63,959 nt of DNA, filler included, from Vicugna vicugna (GCA_013265495.1; 74 parts of 74 records of this genome joined end to end with filler, not necessarily neighbours in it); one strand, 5' to 3'. Positions 24,538-37,284 are shown, numbered from the whole stretch's first letter. Numbers and translations: made by a program. Notes: generated by a model not told the origin, from the sequence alone.

Positions 24538-25311
24538 GGCTGCCTCCCCAAGGTCAGGGAAGGTATTTCTCGGACTTCCCTTTACAGGGAAGACCTTTGA
24601 CTGAAGAGAGCTGCGTGGAGATGTCTCTCGAGCTCCCCCACGCACTGACAATGGTTCCGGAATCCTGAGCGTGGGGAGGTTCCACCAACGGTCGGCAGCG
24701 CGTGGGTTCTAACGGAAAGCCTAAGCTCGACTCCCCTGAGGGTTNNNNNNNNNNNNNNNNNNNNNNNNNNNNNNNNNNNNNNNNNNNNNNNNNNNNNNNN
24801 NNNNNNNNNNNNNNNNNNNNNNNNNNNNNNNNNNNNNNNNNNNNNNNNNNNNNNNNNNNNNNNNNNNNNNNNNNNNNNNNNNNNNNNNNNNNNNNNNNNN
24901 NNNNNNNNNNNNNNNNNNNNNNNNNNNNNNNNNNNNNNNNNNNNNNNNNNNNNNNNNNNNNNNNNNNNNNNNNNNNNNNNNNNNNNNNNNNNNNNNNNNN
25001 NNNNNNNNNNNNNNNNNNNNNNNNNNNNNNNNNNNNNNNNNNNNNNNNNNNNNNNNNNNNNNNNNNNNNNNNNNNNNNNNNNNNNNNNNNNNNNNNNNNN
25101 NNNNNNNNNNNNNNNNNNNNNNNNNNNNNNNNNNNNNNNNNNNNNNNNNNNNNNNNNNNNNNNNNNNNNNNNNNNNNNNNNNNNNNNNNNNNNNNNNNNN
25201 NNNNNNNNNNNNNNNNNNNNNNNNNNNNNNNNNNNNNNNNTAAGCTCGTCTCCCCTGAAGCTTTTACTAATGTCTCTGTGCCGGGGAATGCTAGGGGTTT
25301 TTGCAGGATAT
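24538..25311 (+). repeat. Satellite A
   Basis: A monomer motifs on both sides of a gap. Confidence 0.95.
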
Positions 25312-25411
25312 NNNNNNNNNNNNNNNNNNNNNNNNNNNNNNNNNNNNNNNNNNNNTTAATTAATTAANNNNNNNNNNNNNNNNNNNNNNNNNNNNNNNNN
25401 NNNNNNNNNNN

Positions 25412-26195
25412 GAAAACTCCACGCAGCTCTCTTCAGTCACAGGTGATCCCTTTTCGTTGAAATCCGAGAAATAACTTCCCGGACCTTGTGGAGTCAACCT
25501 CTGTCACTGGGAATTCCTGCAACACACCCTAGCATTATCTTGCACAGAGACATTAGGAAAAACCTCAGGGGAGACAAGCACAGGCATTCCCTTACATCCC
25601 ACGCGCTGCCGAACGTTGGTGGAGCCTCCCAACGCTCAGGATTCCGGAACCATTGTCATTGAGTGGGGGAGCTCGAGAGACAACTGCACGCAGCTCTCTT
25701 CAGTCACAGGTGTTCCCTGCTCGGGGAAGTCCGAGAAATACCTTCCCTGACAGGATTAACTGCAACACACCCCAAGCATTCCCTGTCACAGAGACATGAG
25801 GAAAACCCTCAGGGGAGAAGAGCATAGGCATTCCCTTAGAACCCACGCGCTGAAAACCTTTGGTGGAACCTCCCCACACTCAGGATTCCGGAAACTTATT
25901 CATTGAGTGGGAGAGCTCGAGAAACAATTCCACGCAGCTCTCTTCAGTCACAGGTGTTCCCTGCTCGGGGAAGTCCGAGAAAAACCTTCCCTGACCTTGG
26001 GGAGGCAGCCTCTGTAACTGGGATTAACTGCAACACACCCCAAGCATTCCCTGGCAGAGAGACATGAGGAAAACCCTCAGGGGAGAAGAGCATAGGCATT
26101 CCCTTAGAACCCACGCGCTGAAAACCTTTGGTGGAACCTCCCCACACTCAGGATTCCGGAAACTTATTCATTGAGTGGGAGAGCTCGAGAAACAA
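25412..26195 (-). repeat. Satellite A, variant subfamily
   Basis: A motifs with shared diagnostic changes (GGATTAACTGCAACACAC, GAAAACCTTTGGTGG). Period 268. Confidence 0.93.
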
Positions 26196-26606
26196 NNNNN
26201 NNNNNNNNNNNNNNNNNNNNNNNNNNNNNNNNNNNNNNNTTAATTAATTAANNNNNNNNNNNNNNNNNNNNNNNNNNNNNNNNNNNNNNNNNNNNAGAGG
26301 ACAGTTCTTGCCCATTGGATACTGTTGTGCTTATAAATTTTAAGGAACGGGTGACTTTTTTTTTTGCCTTGTGTGATATTGCGTTCATAGAGGGAGAAAC
26401 TCTTACAACAGTATGTACAGTTGGAATTAACATAGTAGCTATGATAAGAAATTCAAAACACCTATAAGAAAAAAGTGTGAATTGTGTATATATATATATA
26501 CATATATACATATTTGGCGTGTTAACTCATGTGTCCATTGCCATGATTAGGGTCTCAAAGCCGTTCACAGTTTTGCAGACTTAACTTTTCTTTATTCTAG
26601 CTGCAG

Positions 26607-26775
26607 AGTTCCCAAGGACCAGTCTGACTATGGGAACAACCTAGCCATGAAGGTGTTCTTGTTCTAGTTTGTCAACTACTACTCCTCGTGTTTCTACATC
26701 ACATTCTTTAAGGGCAGATTTGTGACTTATCTGGGAGATCCGGTGTATTGTCTGTGAAAATGCAGAAATGAAGAG
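26607..26775 (+). pseudogene. ANO6: Disabled anoctamin-6-like exon (unprocessed pseudogene fragment)
   Basis: Pyrimidine tract plus CTGCAG acceptor and GAG|GT donor. Reads (E)FPRT[-1][49 protein letters not shown] against ANO6 as recalled, [57 protein letters not shown]. Stops at 26665 and 26755, frameshift near 26620. Confidence 0.9.
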
Positions 26776-28134
26776 GTGGGAATACTGCTTTGTGTTCTCA
26801 CAGTCTAACCTGTTTCATGTTTTCTCTTAGTTGCCCAAAGAAGAGTGTCTTTACTGTCTGTTCCTTAGATAATTTTAGGCATAAAATAATGGCTTTATTT
26901 CATGTTAGAGCTATCTAAAATTTAAATGAGATTTTCTTTCTAATATTCCAGTGTGATCCAGGTGGCTGTTTCCTTGAACTGATGACACAGCTGAAAATAA
27001 ACATGGGAGGACAGTCCATCTGGAATAACATACAAGAGGTGTTACTTCCGTGAGTACTAAGTCATGTGATCTTGGGGTGAGAATGGCCCTCCTGTCCACG
27101 TCATTTTCCTGCATGCCCATCTCTAAAATATGGGAGACTCTCTACTTATTAAAGCTCTCTAGATAAGATGATCCAGCCAACAGTGTAAACGTANNNNNNN
27201 NNNNNNNNNNNNNNNNNNNNNNNNNNNNNNNNNNNNNTTAATTAATTAANNNNNNNNNNNNNNNNNNNNNNNNNNNNNNNNNNNNNNNNNNNNCCCAGAG
27301 GGAGCCTGGATCACGGCATCACTTTCCTTCTTCATTTGTTCCCACAATACTACTCAAGAACCCTACATGGGATTGGGGGGGTGGAGGCAGGTGAGATATG
27401 GTGAAATTCATTTCATTATGTTCCTTTAGACATATTTAAATAGCATGAAAATAGTCGCTAACTATGAAAAGTTTTCTTTTCCCTTCCTATGTATTTTTGA
27501 GGATGGGTATAGTTTTGGTGCAGCACGAGTAATTGATAGATATTTGGTATGTTAGGATTTTACATGGAAAATTAAGAAGGAAACTGGCACCTTATACAAA
27601 GAGAAGAGGCAGTGTGTAAAACACAAGGCATCCTCGTACTTGGCTATCATTCAGCATTCCTGGTTTTCAAGCAAGGGAAACATAATTCAAAACATATTCC
27701 CTATATATTTTAGCCCATAGTAGAAATACATGGAGACAAAGTTCAGCTCACTGGAACCTACAACAATGTGCTTACTTAAGCGAAGGTATAAACAGACCAC
27801 AGATACTATAATGCATCCTTTACTTTAAACTAGTTCATGTGAGCAAGTTTCATTCCACATGAATTTCTCAGTACCAATTTAGGAAATATATCCTTCTTGA
27901 TTGGTAAAAGTAGCTCACTGATAACCACCAGATTCAAGTTAGTGTTAAATAATTTACCTATTTCCTTCAGGAAGTGCTTTTGAGTAATTTGAGTTAAGTG
28001 TTTCCTCTATCTGATCTATTTCTTTTCACAGAGANNNNNNNNNNNNNNNNNNNNNNNNNNNNNNNNNNNNNNNNNNNNTTAATTAATTAANNNNNNNNNN
28101 NNNNNNNNNNNNNNNNNNNNNNNNNNNNNNNNNN

Positions 28135-28940
28135 ATCCTATATTCAGCATTCTATATTCTATATTATTAATTCTGGTTTTTACATTCTACATTCTAAATT
28201 CTATATTCAGTGTTATGTATTCTATATTCTAAATTCTGTGTTCAGAATTCCATGTTCTTATATCTGGATTCTAAATTCTCTATTCTACATTCTATATTCT
28301 GTGTTCTACATTGTATATTCTAAATATTATATTCAGTATTATTTATTCTATATTCTATATTCTGTGTTTTACATTCTATATTCTATATTGTATATTCAGT
28401 TTTCTGTATTCTACATTCGAAATTCTGAGTTCTGAATTCCATGTTCCAAAATCTGGCTTAAATATTCTTTAAGATATATTTTTTATTCTGTTTTTTACAG
28501 TGTATATTCTAAATTATATATTCAGTATTATGTATTCTATATCCTTTATTCTATGTTCTACATTCAATTTTTTCATTTGTTTATTAAGTATTCTGTATAC
28601 TGTATTCTAAATTCTGTGTTTTGCATACCATGTTGTAAATTCTGGGTTTTATATTCTCTTTTCTATATTTTATATTCTGTGTTCTACATTGTATATTCTA
28701 AATTCTATATTCTGNNNNNNNNNNNNNNNNNNNNNNNNNNNNNNNTCTTTATACTCAACATTCTATATTCTAAATTCTATATACAGTATTCTGTATTCCA
28801 TATTCTAAATTCTGTGTTCTGCATTACATGTTCAAAATTCTGGGTTCAATATTCTTTTTTCTATATTCTATATTCCATGTTCTATATTCTATGTTCTAAA
28901 TTCTATATTCAGCATTCTGTATTCTAAATTCTATATTCTG
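28135..28940 (-). repeat. Satellite D
   Basis: ATATTCT heptamer array. Confidence 0.95.
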
Positions 28941-29040
28941 NNNNNNNNNNNNNNNNNNNNNNNNNNNNNNNNNNNNNNNNNNNNTTAATTAATTAANNNN
29001 NNNNNNNNNNNNNNNNNNNNNNNNNNNNNNNNNNNNNNNN

Positions 29041-30138
29041 GTATTCTATATTCTTAATTCTGTGTTCTGATTCCATTTCTAAATTGTGGTTTCTATAATC
29101 TCTTTTATATATTGTATATTTTGTGTTCGTATTTCTATAAACTACATTCTATATTCTGCTTTCCGTAATTATATTGTATATTCTGTGTTCTACATTCTAT
29201 ATTCTAAATTGTATATTCAATATTCTGTATTCTATATTCTAAATTCTGTGTACTCAATACCATGTTCTAAATGCTGGCTTCTATATTCTCTATTCTATAT
29301 TATATATTTTGTGTTCATCATTCTATATTCTATATTCTATATTCTATATACTGCATTCCGTATTCTGTATTATATATTCTGAGTTCTACATTCTATATTC
29401 TAAATTCTACATTCAGNNNNNNNNNNNNNNNNNNNNNNNNNNNNNNNNNNNNNNNNNNNNNNNNNNNNNNNNNNNNNNNNNNNNNNNNNNNNNNNNNNNN
29501 NNNNNNNNNNNNNNNNNNNNNNNNNNNNNNNNNNNNNNNNNNNNNNNNNNNNNNNNNNNNNNNNNNNNNNNNNNNNNNNNNNNNNNNNNNNNNNNNNNNN
29601 NNNNNNNNNNNNNNNNNNNNNNNNNNNNNNNNNNNNNNNNNNNNNNNNNNNNNNNNNNNNNNNNNNNNNNNNNNNNNNNNNNNNNNNNNNNNNNNNNNNN
29701 NNNNNNNNNNNNNNNNNNNNNNNNNNNNNNNNNNNNNNNNNNNNNNNNNNNNNNNNNNNNNNNNNNNNNNNNNNNNNNNNNNNNNNNNNNNNNNNNNNNN
29801 NNNNNNNNNNNNNNNNNNNNNNNNNNNNNNNNNNNNNNNNNNNNNNNNTGTTCTGCATTCCATTTTCTAAATTCTGGGTTGTATATTCTCTATTCTATAT
29901 TCTATATTCTGTGTTCTACATTCTATATTCTAAATTCTATACTCAGTATTCCGTATTATATATTCTATATTCTGGGTTCTGCATTCCATGTTCCAAAATC
30001 TATATTCAGTATTCTGTATTGTATATTGTAAATTCTGAGTTCTGCATTCCTTGTTCGAAATTCTATATTCAGTATTCTGTATTTATATTTTAAATTCTAT
30101 GTTCTGAATTCTATATTCAGTATTCTGTATTATATATT
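29041..30138 (-). repeat. Satellite D
   Basis: ATATTCT heptamer array. Confidence 0.95.
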
Positions 30139-30238
30139 NNNNNNNNNNNNNNNNNNNNNNNNNNNNNNNNNNNNNNNNNNNNTTAATTAATTAANNNNNN
30201 NNNNNNNNNNNNNNNNNNNNNNNNNNNNNNNNNNNNNN

Positions 30239-30630
30239 GGTGTTTTGTTGGCTCACGGACTTGTATATCAGTTCCTTACCCAGCTTAAGGAAGTTATCAA
30301 CTATATCAACTTTAAATAAACTATCAACTGCCTTCTAACTTTCTTCTCCCTCCAGGATTTCACTCTAATATGCACTTCCTGAAGAAGTCTGATGGCTATT
30401 GTAGAATATCCTCACTTTTTAAGGTTCATCTGGTGCTCCAATAATGTTTGGTTGTTTCATAGTTTCAGTCTCTTAGGTAATGTATACCTTATCAACATTT
30501 ATTTTATTCCTGAGCTCACTAAACTGCTTTCTGAGTTTTGTTTTTTGTATTGAGTTTTTGTATGGCATCTCTTTGGATTCTCTATTAGTTATACGGCAAT
30601 ATTCCATGACTTTAAATTTGTTTGCTGCAG
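30239..30630 (-). mobile_element. Old L1 ORF1 remnant
   Basis: Minus-strand KQFSELRNKINVDKVYIT resembles the L1M ORF1 coiled coil (RQFNELRNKINEQKEYFT). Many stops. Confidence 0.7.
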
Positions 30631-30738
30631 TGTTGATGTTTGTGTGCGTGTTTGTGTTTGTGTGTGTGTGCATTTGCCTGTGCGTGTGTGTCTTTGTCTG
30701 TGTCAGTGTCTGTGTGTGTGTATCTGTGTGTGTACGTG
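30631..30738. repeat. Degenerate (TG)n microsatellite
   Basis: Read directly from the sequence. Confidence 0.85.
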
Positions 30739-31701
30739 CCCTATAATGTTACTGTGATTGGTCATGGTCCTGGTAAATTATTGCTCTGATGACACTGAAA
30801 AGCAGATTGGTATTTGGAGTCCTTGCTTTTGTTTTCTGGTAGTTTGCAATAATGCACAATTTTTGGTTTTGCTTAACTGAGCTACCTCTTATAATATTTC
30901 AAAATGGCACATTCTAGTCGCTACTGTCTGGATAAAAGATTGTTTACATTGTCACTTCTTAGACTTCTCTGGTAGTTAATGCCACTGTTGTCTCTGGGCC
31001 GGTGAACCCTTCCTTTTATCTGATATCCCTTAAGACTCAGTGCACACATTGAGGAAAGGTGTAAAGACAGGTGGGTAGTTGAATTCAGGCAACTGCCTTT
31101 GCCATGTCCAATGTTGCAAGGTACCTTGTCTCCACCACNNNNNNNNNNNNNNNNNNNNNNNNNNNNNNNNNNNNNNNNNNNNTTAATTAATTAANNNNNN
31201 NNNNNNNNNNNNNNNNNNNNNNNNNNNNNNNNNNNNNNGGGGCCTTACCCGGGTTTTGAAGAGCCCCAGAATCAGATGTTGGAATGGGGTGGTTTATCAG
31301 CCTTGTTTATCTGCAGGGAAATTTCAGTTCCATCCAGATGTTGGTTCCTTCAGTCAACCTCAGGAATAAGACACAAGGGTCAGTGCCGATAAGCAGTTAT
31401 CTAGGGCTTGACTCAAAATAAACTATGCGGGGTGTAGGGGTGGTAGATGGGACCCTCTCTCTTGAAGTTAGCAGTCTTCTGGGATTAGAGGCCCCAGCTG
31501 AGGATTAAATCCTCATCTGCAGTAATGGAGGTTGTGAGAAACCCACAGAAGGGAGTGGTGTGGTGGCGGTAACTCATTACAGAATCCAGGACCCTTGCCT
31601 GNNNNNNNNNNNNNNNNNNNNNNNNNNNNNNNNNNNNNNNNNNNNTTAATTAATTAANNNNNNNNNNNNNNNNNNNNNNNNNNNNNNNNNNNNNNNNNNN
31701 N

Positions 31702-32610
31702 TTGAAGTTTTTATTTTAGTCATTATACTTGTATCTCTTGAATTTCCAGTTGGCTTTTATTATAAATTTTATTTATTGATATTCTCTGTTCAATGAGATG
31801 TGCACATAATTTAATCCTTTAGGCATGGTTTCTGTTAGTATTTTGAACATGTGTGTAATTGCTTATTTATATCTTTGTCTAGTAAGTCCAGTGTCTGGGC
31901 TACCTCAGGGAGTTTCTATTGACTACTTTTTCCCNNNNNNNNNNNNNNNNNNNNNNNNNNNNNNNNNNNNNNNNNNNNNNNNNNNNNNNNNNNNNNNNNN
32001 NNNNNNNNNNNNNNNNNNNNNNNNNNNNNNNNNNNNNNNNNNNNNNNNNNNNNNNNNNNNNNNNNNNNNNNNNNNNNNNNNNNNNNNNNNNNNNNNNNNN
32101 NNNNNNNNNNNNNNNNNNNNNNNNNNNNNNNNNNNNNNNNNNNNNNNNNNNNNNNNNNNNNNNNNNNNNNNNNNNNNNNNNNNNNNNNNNNNNNNNNNNN
32201 NNNNNNNNNNNNNNNNNNNNNNNNNNNNNNNNNNNNNNNNNNNNNNNNNNNCCTGAACAAATTCTGTAAAGTCTGTATTCTTTATCATGCATGACCATGA
32301 GATCAGTGTGTGTGCAGAAAGCCTAGTTGTCATCACTGTAATAATGATTGGACAGTGATTTCTTTCAATGCCTGGAGCCAGTCGTTTTAGCTGTTGCCAG
32401 GTGGCTGTGTGTCTGCATGCTGAGGGATGTCTTCAGCACCGGCATGCAGTTTGCAGCTCTTCCGTAGCCTTTAGTTCTTTCTTATGCAGAACCTCAAGTT
32501 CAGCCAGAGTTGAAGGCTTAGGATTTTCTCAGATCTTTCCTTGCCATGTGCCACACATGTATATTGCCTTCTACAATTCTCAGAATTTTTTGGAGCTTTT
32601 TAACCCTACC
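31702..32610 (-). mobile_element. Old L1M 5' region (5' UTR and ORF1 start)
   Basis: Motifs TCTTTGTCTAGTAAGTCCAGTGTCTGGGCTACCTCAGGG..TTTCTATTGACT and TTCTGTAAAGTCTGTATTCTTT..CATG resemble ancient L1M 5' ends. Confidence 0.6.
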
Positions 32611-33397
32611 TTCACCCCCAGAACTTCTCATTACTCAATTTTGCCTTCTAAGATCTCTGGGGGTTTTTGGGTAACTTTAAATCACTTCTGCCCCTACCTT
32701 AATTGTGAGACTACTGCTTTTAAAGGCCACCATTTAGGTGAGGATACAGGGATGGGGTAGATCAAGTTACAATACAATGCNNNNNNNNNNNNNNNNNNNN
32801 NNNNNNNNNNNNNNNNNNNNNNNNTTAATTAATTAANNNNNNNNNNNNNNNNNNNNNNNNNNNNNNNNNNNNNNNNNNNNTCGCTTTATAGCGCTTAAAT
32901 AATTGATTTCACCCAGCCTTCAGTCAGAGCTAGAAAACCCCAAATATTTCCCCACTAATCCTGAGACTGGGGCACTGCTTATGCTGCTCAGTGGTTTCAA
33001 AATTCATGGATTCATGGGAAATCATAGAGTTTACAAAGAAAGTCATTTTGGCTGGGAAGGAAAAAAAAAGCCTCATGCTAATATTTCATCATGTGAGCTA
33101 CAGGTTGACTTTGGTAAAAGAAGAATATTATTAAACTCATGACAGAGGCNNNNNNNNNNNNNNNNNNNNNTCGATGAAAACAAGTCATCCACATACTATA
33201 AAACATTAAGGCAACTAGCACTTAAGATCAAAAACTCTCTACTGAAGAGCTCAAAGGTGAAAAGACATTCTGAATGTTAAGTCACCAAAAGTAAAGTNNN
33301 NNNNNNNNNNNNNNNNNNNNNNNNNNNNNNNNNNNNNNNNNTTAATTAATTAANNNNNNNNNNNNNNNNNNNNNNNNNNNNNNNNNNNNNNNNNNNN

Positions 33398-34122
33398 TCC
33401 TGAGCGTGGGGAGGTTCCACCAACGGTCGGCAGCGCTTTGGTCCTAACGGAATGCCTAAACTCGTCTCCCCTTAGGATTTTCCTAATGTCTCTGTGCCAG
33501 GGAATGCTAGGGGTGATTGCAGGATATCCCAGTGACCGAGGCTGCCTCCCAAGGTCAAGGAAGGTTTTTCCCCGGACTTCCCCGAACANNNNNNNNNNNN
33601 NNNNNNNNNNNNNNNNNNNNNNNNNNNNNNNNNNNNNNNNNNNNNNNNNNNNNNNNNNNNNNNNNNNNNNNNNNNNNNNNNNNNNNNNNNNNNNNNNNNN
33701 NNNNNNNNNNNNNNNNNNNNNNNNNNNNNNNNNNNNNNNNNNNNNNNNNNNNNNNNNNNNNNNNNNNNNNNNNNNNNNNNNNNNNNNNNNNNNNNNNNNN
33801 NNNNNNNNNNNNNNNNNNNNNNNNNNNNNNNNNNNNNNNNNNNNNNNNNNNNNNNNNNNNNNNNNNNNNNNNNNNNNNNNNNNNNNNNNNNNNNNNNNNN
33901 NNNNNNNNNNNNNNNNNNNNNNNNNNNNNNNNNNNNNNNNNNNNNNNNNNNNNNNNNNNNNNNNNNNNNNNNNNNNNNNNNNNNNNNNNNNNNNNNNNNN
34001 NNNNNNNNNNNNNNNNNNNNNNNNNNNNNNNNNNNNNNNNNNNNNNNNNNNNNNNNNNNNNNNNNNNNNNNACCAAGGTCAGGGAATGTATTTCCCGGAC
34101 TTCCCAGAACAGGGAATACCTG
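33398..34122 (+). repeat. Satellite A
   Basis: A monomer motifs. Confidence 0.95.
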
Positions 34123-35161
34123 NNNNNNNNNNNNNNNNNNNNNNNNNNNNNNNNNNNNNNNNNNNNTTAATTAATTAANNNNNNNNNNNNNNNNNNNNNN
34201 NNNNNNNNNNNNNNNNNNNNNNCTTTCAGTAGTTTTTACTTTTATTTTTTGATAGTTCCTACTATCTGTTTGTTAGGCTATTTCTTAGATATTTTACCTT
34301 GGTTATTACTCTTGGAAAACTTTAGAAATCTTAATGCCTCCATCTGGTCTCTTAATCAGACCCTGGAGAATCCTAAACCACTGATCTGATTTAAACAAAT
34401 GAGGTGAAAAGAATTGGGGGAAGCACTGTGAGCAGAAGAGCCTGTGGAACCTCCAGAGCGGCGCCCTGAGTTGGCTCAGATGTTCTCTGGATAAAGTTTT
34501 CTCTATGAGACTACATAGTTCCCAGCTTGATTTTCAGTTTTCTCAGCATTTCACATTAGATTTTAAAAGTCTGTGGCAGGTTCTTACCCAGAAAAAGAGC
34601 ACTTGCACAAAGGGTTATATGTATACACTTTCCCCAGGTGGTAAATAGAACACACTCTTCTTCCTAATTTAAAAAAACAGTTTAGTCAATCAAGGGATTA
34701 CACCAATGAAATGATTTTTCTCCTAAATTGTCACTAAATCCTAAACATAATTTAAAAAAATAATAATTTCCAGACATAGCCTCTTTATTTGTAAATGCAT
34801 GGGTTTTATTAACTGTTTTTTTTTCTTTTCATAAAAAAACAGTTTAGTCAATCAAGGGATTACACCAATGAAATGATTTTTCTCCTAAATTGTCACTAAA
34901 TCCTAAACATAATTTAAAAAAATAATAATTTCCAGACATAGCCTCTTTATTTGTAAATGCATGGGTTTTATTAACTTTTTTTTTCTTTTCTTTTATGTTA
35001 ACGATGTCAAACACCCACCAAAATATGTACAGTTTTCATTTTAATATTATTTTTTGAAAATNNNNNNNNNNNNNNNNNNNNNNNNNNNNNNNNNNNNNNN
35101 NNNNNTTAATTAATTAANNNNNNNNNNNNNNNNNNNNNNNNNNNNNNNNNNNNNNNNNNNN

Positions 35162-36098
35162 ATTCTTGAAACTGGTGACAGGCAGAAGCTACGAAGTCAA
35201 AATAAAAATTTCAGAGTGCATAGTTAACTTGTTTGGTGGTTGAAACATTTGTCATGCGCATGTTCACATCTCAAAAATGCATGTTGGAGGAATCCTTGAG
35301 GCATGAATCATGCTCGAAATACGGAATTCCATGGTTATATAAACAATGTAAATTACATGGGTATTGGTGAGAATTCGCTCAAAGAGAGTTTTCTGGTGCC
35401 AAATATTCGATTTTAGAACCTGGTGATAGAAAAATCTATGAAGTCAGAGTAAATAATTCTAAGTGTATATACGCATTGTTTGGTGGATGAAAGGTCAGTA
35501 ATCCACATGCTCACAAGTCAGAAATGCCTGATTGCCGAATCCGTCATGCATGTAGCATGTACGGAACCCGGAATGCCATGTTGATGGAATTCATGTAAAT
35601 TACATACCTATTAGGTGGAAATCGCTCCCGAACTATTTTTCTGTGAAAAATGCACGAATTCGAACCTGGTTTTAGGGAAAGCTTGTGAAAATGTGTACAC
35701 AAATGTGTACACCTGTCTAGATGAAAATATTTCTTTTATAGAGGTGGAAAGATTTGTAATCCACATGCTCTCAACTTAGGAATGCATGTTTGTCAAATCC
35801 GTCATGTATGTAGCATGTTCGGAACACGGAATATAATGTAGATGGAATCTATTCAAATTATATATCACTAGGGAGGAATTCGCTCCAAGAGTGTTTTTCT
35901 GGAATTAAAGTGTGATTCTTGAAACTGGTGATAGGCAGAAGCTACGAAGTCAAAATAAAAATTTCAGAGTGCATAGGTAACTTGTTTGGTGGTTGAAACA
36001 TTTGTCATGAGCATGTTCACATCTCAAAAATGCACGTTGGAGGAATCCTTGAGGCATGAAATATGTTCGGAATACGGAATGCCATGGTTATGTAAACA
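35162..36098 (+). repeat. Satellite C, trimeric higher-order unit of ~247-bp subunits
   Basis: ATTCTTGAAACTGGTGA at 35162 recurs almost exactly at 35915 (753 bp, including a 12-bp local duplication). Diverged equivalents at ~35411 and ~35659. Confidence 0.93.
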
Positions 36099-37284
36099 NN
36101 NNNNNNNNNNNNNNNNNNNNNNNNNNNNNNNNNNNNNNNNNNTTAATTAATTAANNNNNNNNNNNNNNNNNNNNNNNNNNNNNNNNNNNNNNNNNNNNAC
36201 CACCCCTCACTGCCTGAGTCCTTGCCAGGAGGGAACAGGGCATTTTTCTGCTTCTAAAAGCTGGACTCTGCTCTCCTGGTAGGACATGAGAGCCCACAGT
36301 GCTGTCACCAAACTCTATTTAACTGAGGTTTCTGTGTATTCAGAATTACTGTTATTTTTCCTGCTTTGTGAGATTGGATCATTTTTGTTACAGAAGCCAG
36401 GATACCCTAGTCAGGCAATGCTGGGTTTATGAGTTCAACTTCATGGTGAAATAAAAGTGAATCATGTGGATGACAAAAAATGACTTCACGTATTAGAGAC
36501 ACTCATTGGAAGGAAACTCCACACCAGATCTGGATTATGCAGGTTTTTATATTTAAGCCTGGAGGTGGAAAGATCAGACTTAAACCCAGAACCCAGAGAG
36601 CAATTATGTTGTTCCCAGCATGTTCAGATGTTCTGAACAAGGAGCTACATACAGATGAGACTGTGTTATCAAGACCTGTCCCCATAAGTGAAGAATAGGG
36701 ATAAGGAATGTGATAATTTTGTAATATAAAGAGNNNNNNNNNNNNNNNNNNNNNNNNNNNNNNNNNNNNNNNNNNNNTTAATTAATTAANNNNNNNNNNN
36801 NNNNNNNNNNNNNNNNNNNNNNNNNNNNNNNNNTGAGAGCAGCAGCTCAACAGCTGTAGGTCTCAGCCGCATGGACGTGGGTGTCTGACGTGCCTGGCAG
36901 CCATGTGCTGATTTCCGATTGTGATTCAGCTGATGCACCTTTTAATCATCTGTTTCTTTTTGCTTCCATAGGTTAAAATATGAAGGATTTCTAACATCGA
37001 TGTTACATTCTGAGAAAACAGAATTTAGTTAAATTCAATCTGGAGAAGACAGGACGCTTTCCAGCTAAGCACACGCACTTCTGGGGATCAGAGCTTAGGT
37101 CCCCTCTAACACTGACATCCAACCTAACCAATCTGAGAGCAATCCCCCACCTCCTAGGTTTCTAGGACTTAGAACTGAGCTCCGTTCATTATCCCGAAAA
37201 CCTCTAAATAAACACAAAACTACCCATGGGGAGAATGTACCTCTTCCTCCCAAGGCAACTCACTGCCGCCCACCTGCGCCCCTG

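Noticed and set aside
36296..36335. CACAGTG as a second RSS
   Set aside because: No nonamer at 12 or 23 bp and no V-like sequence upstream.
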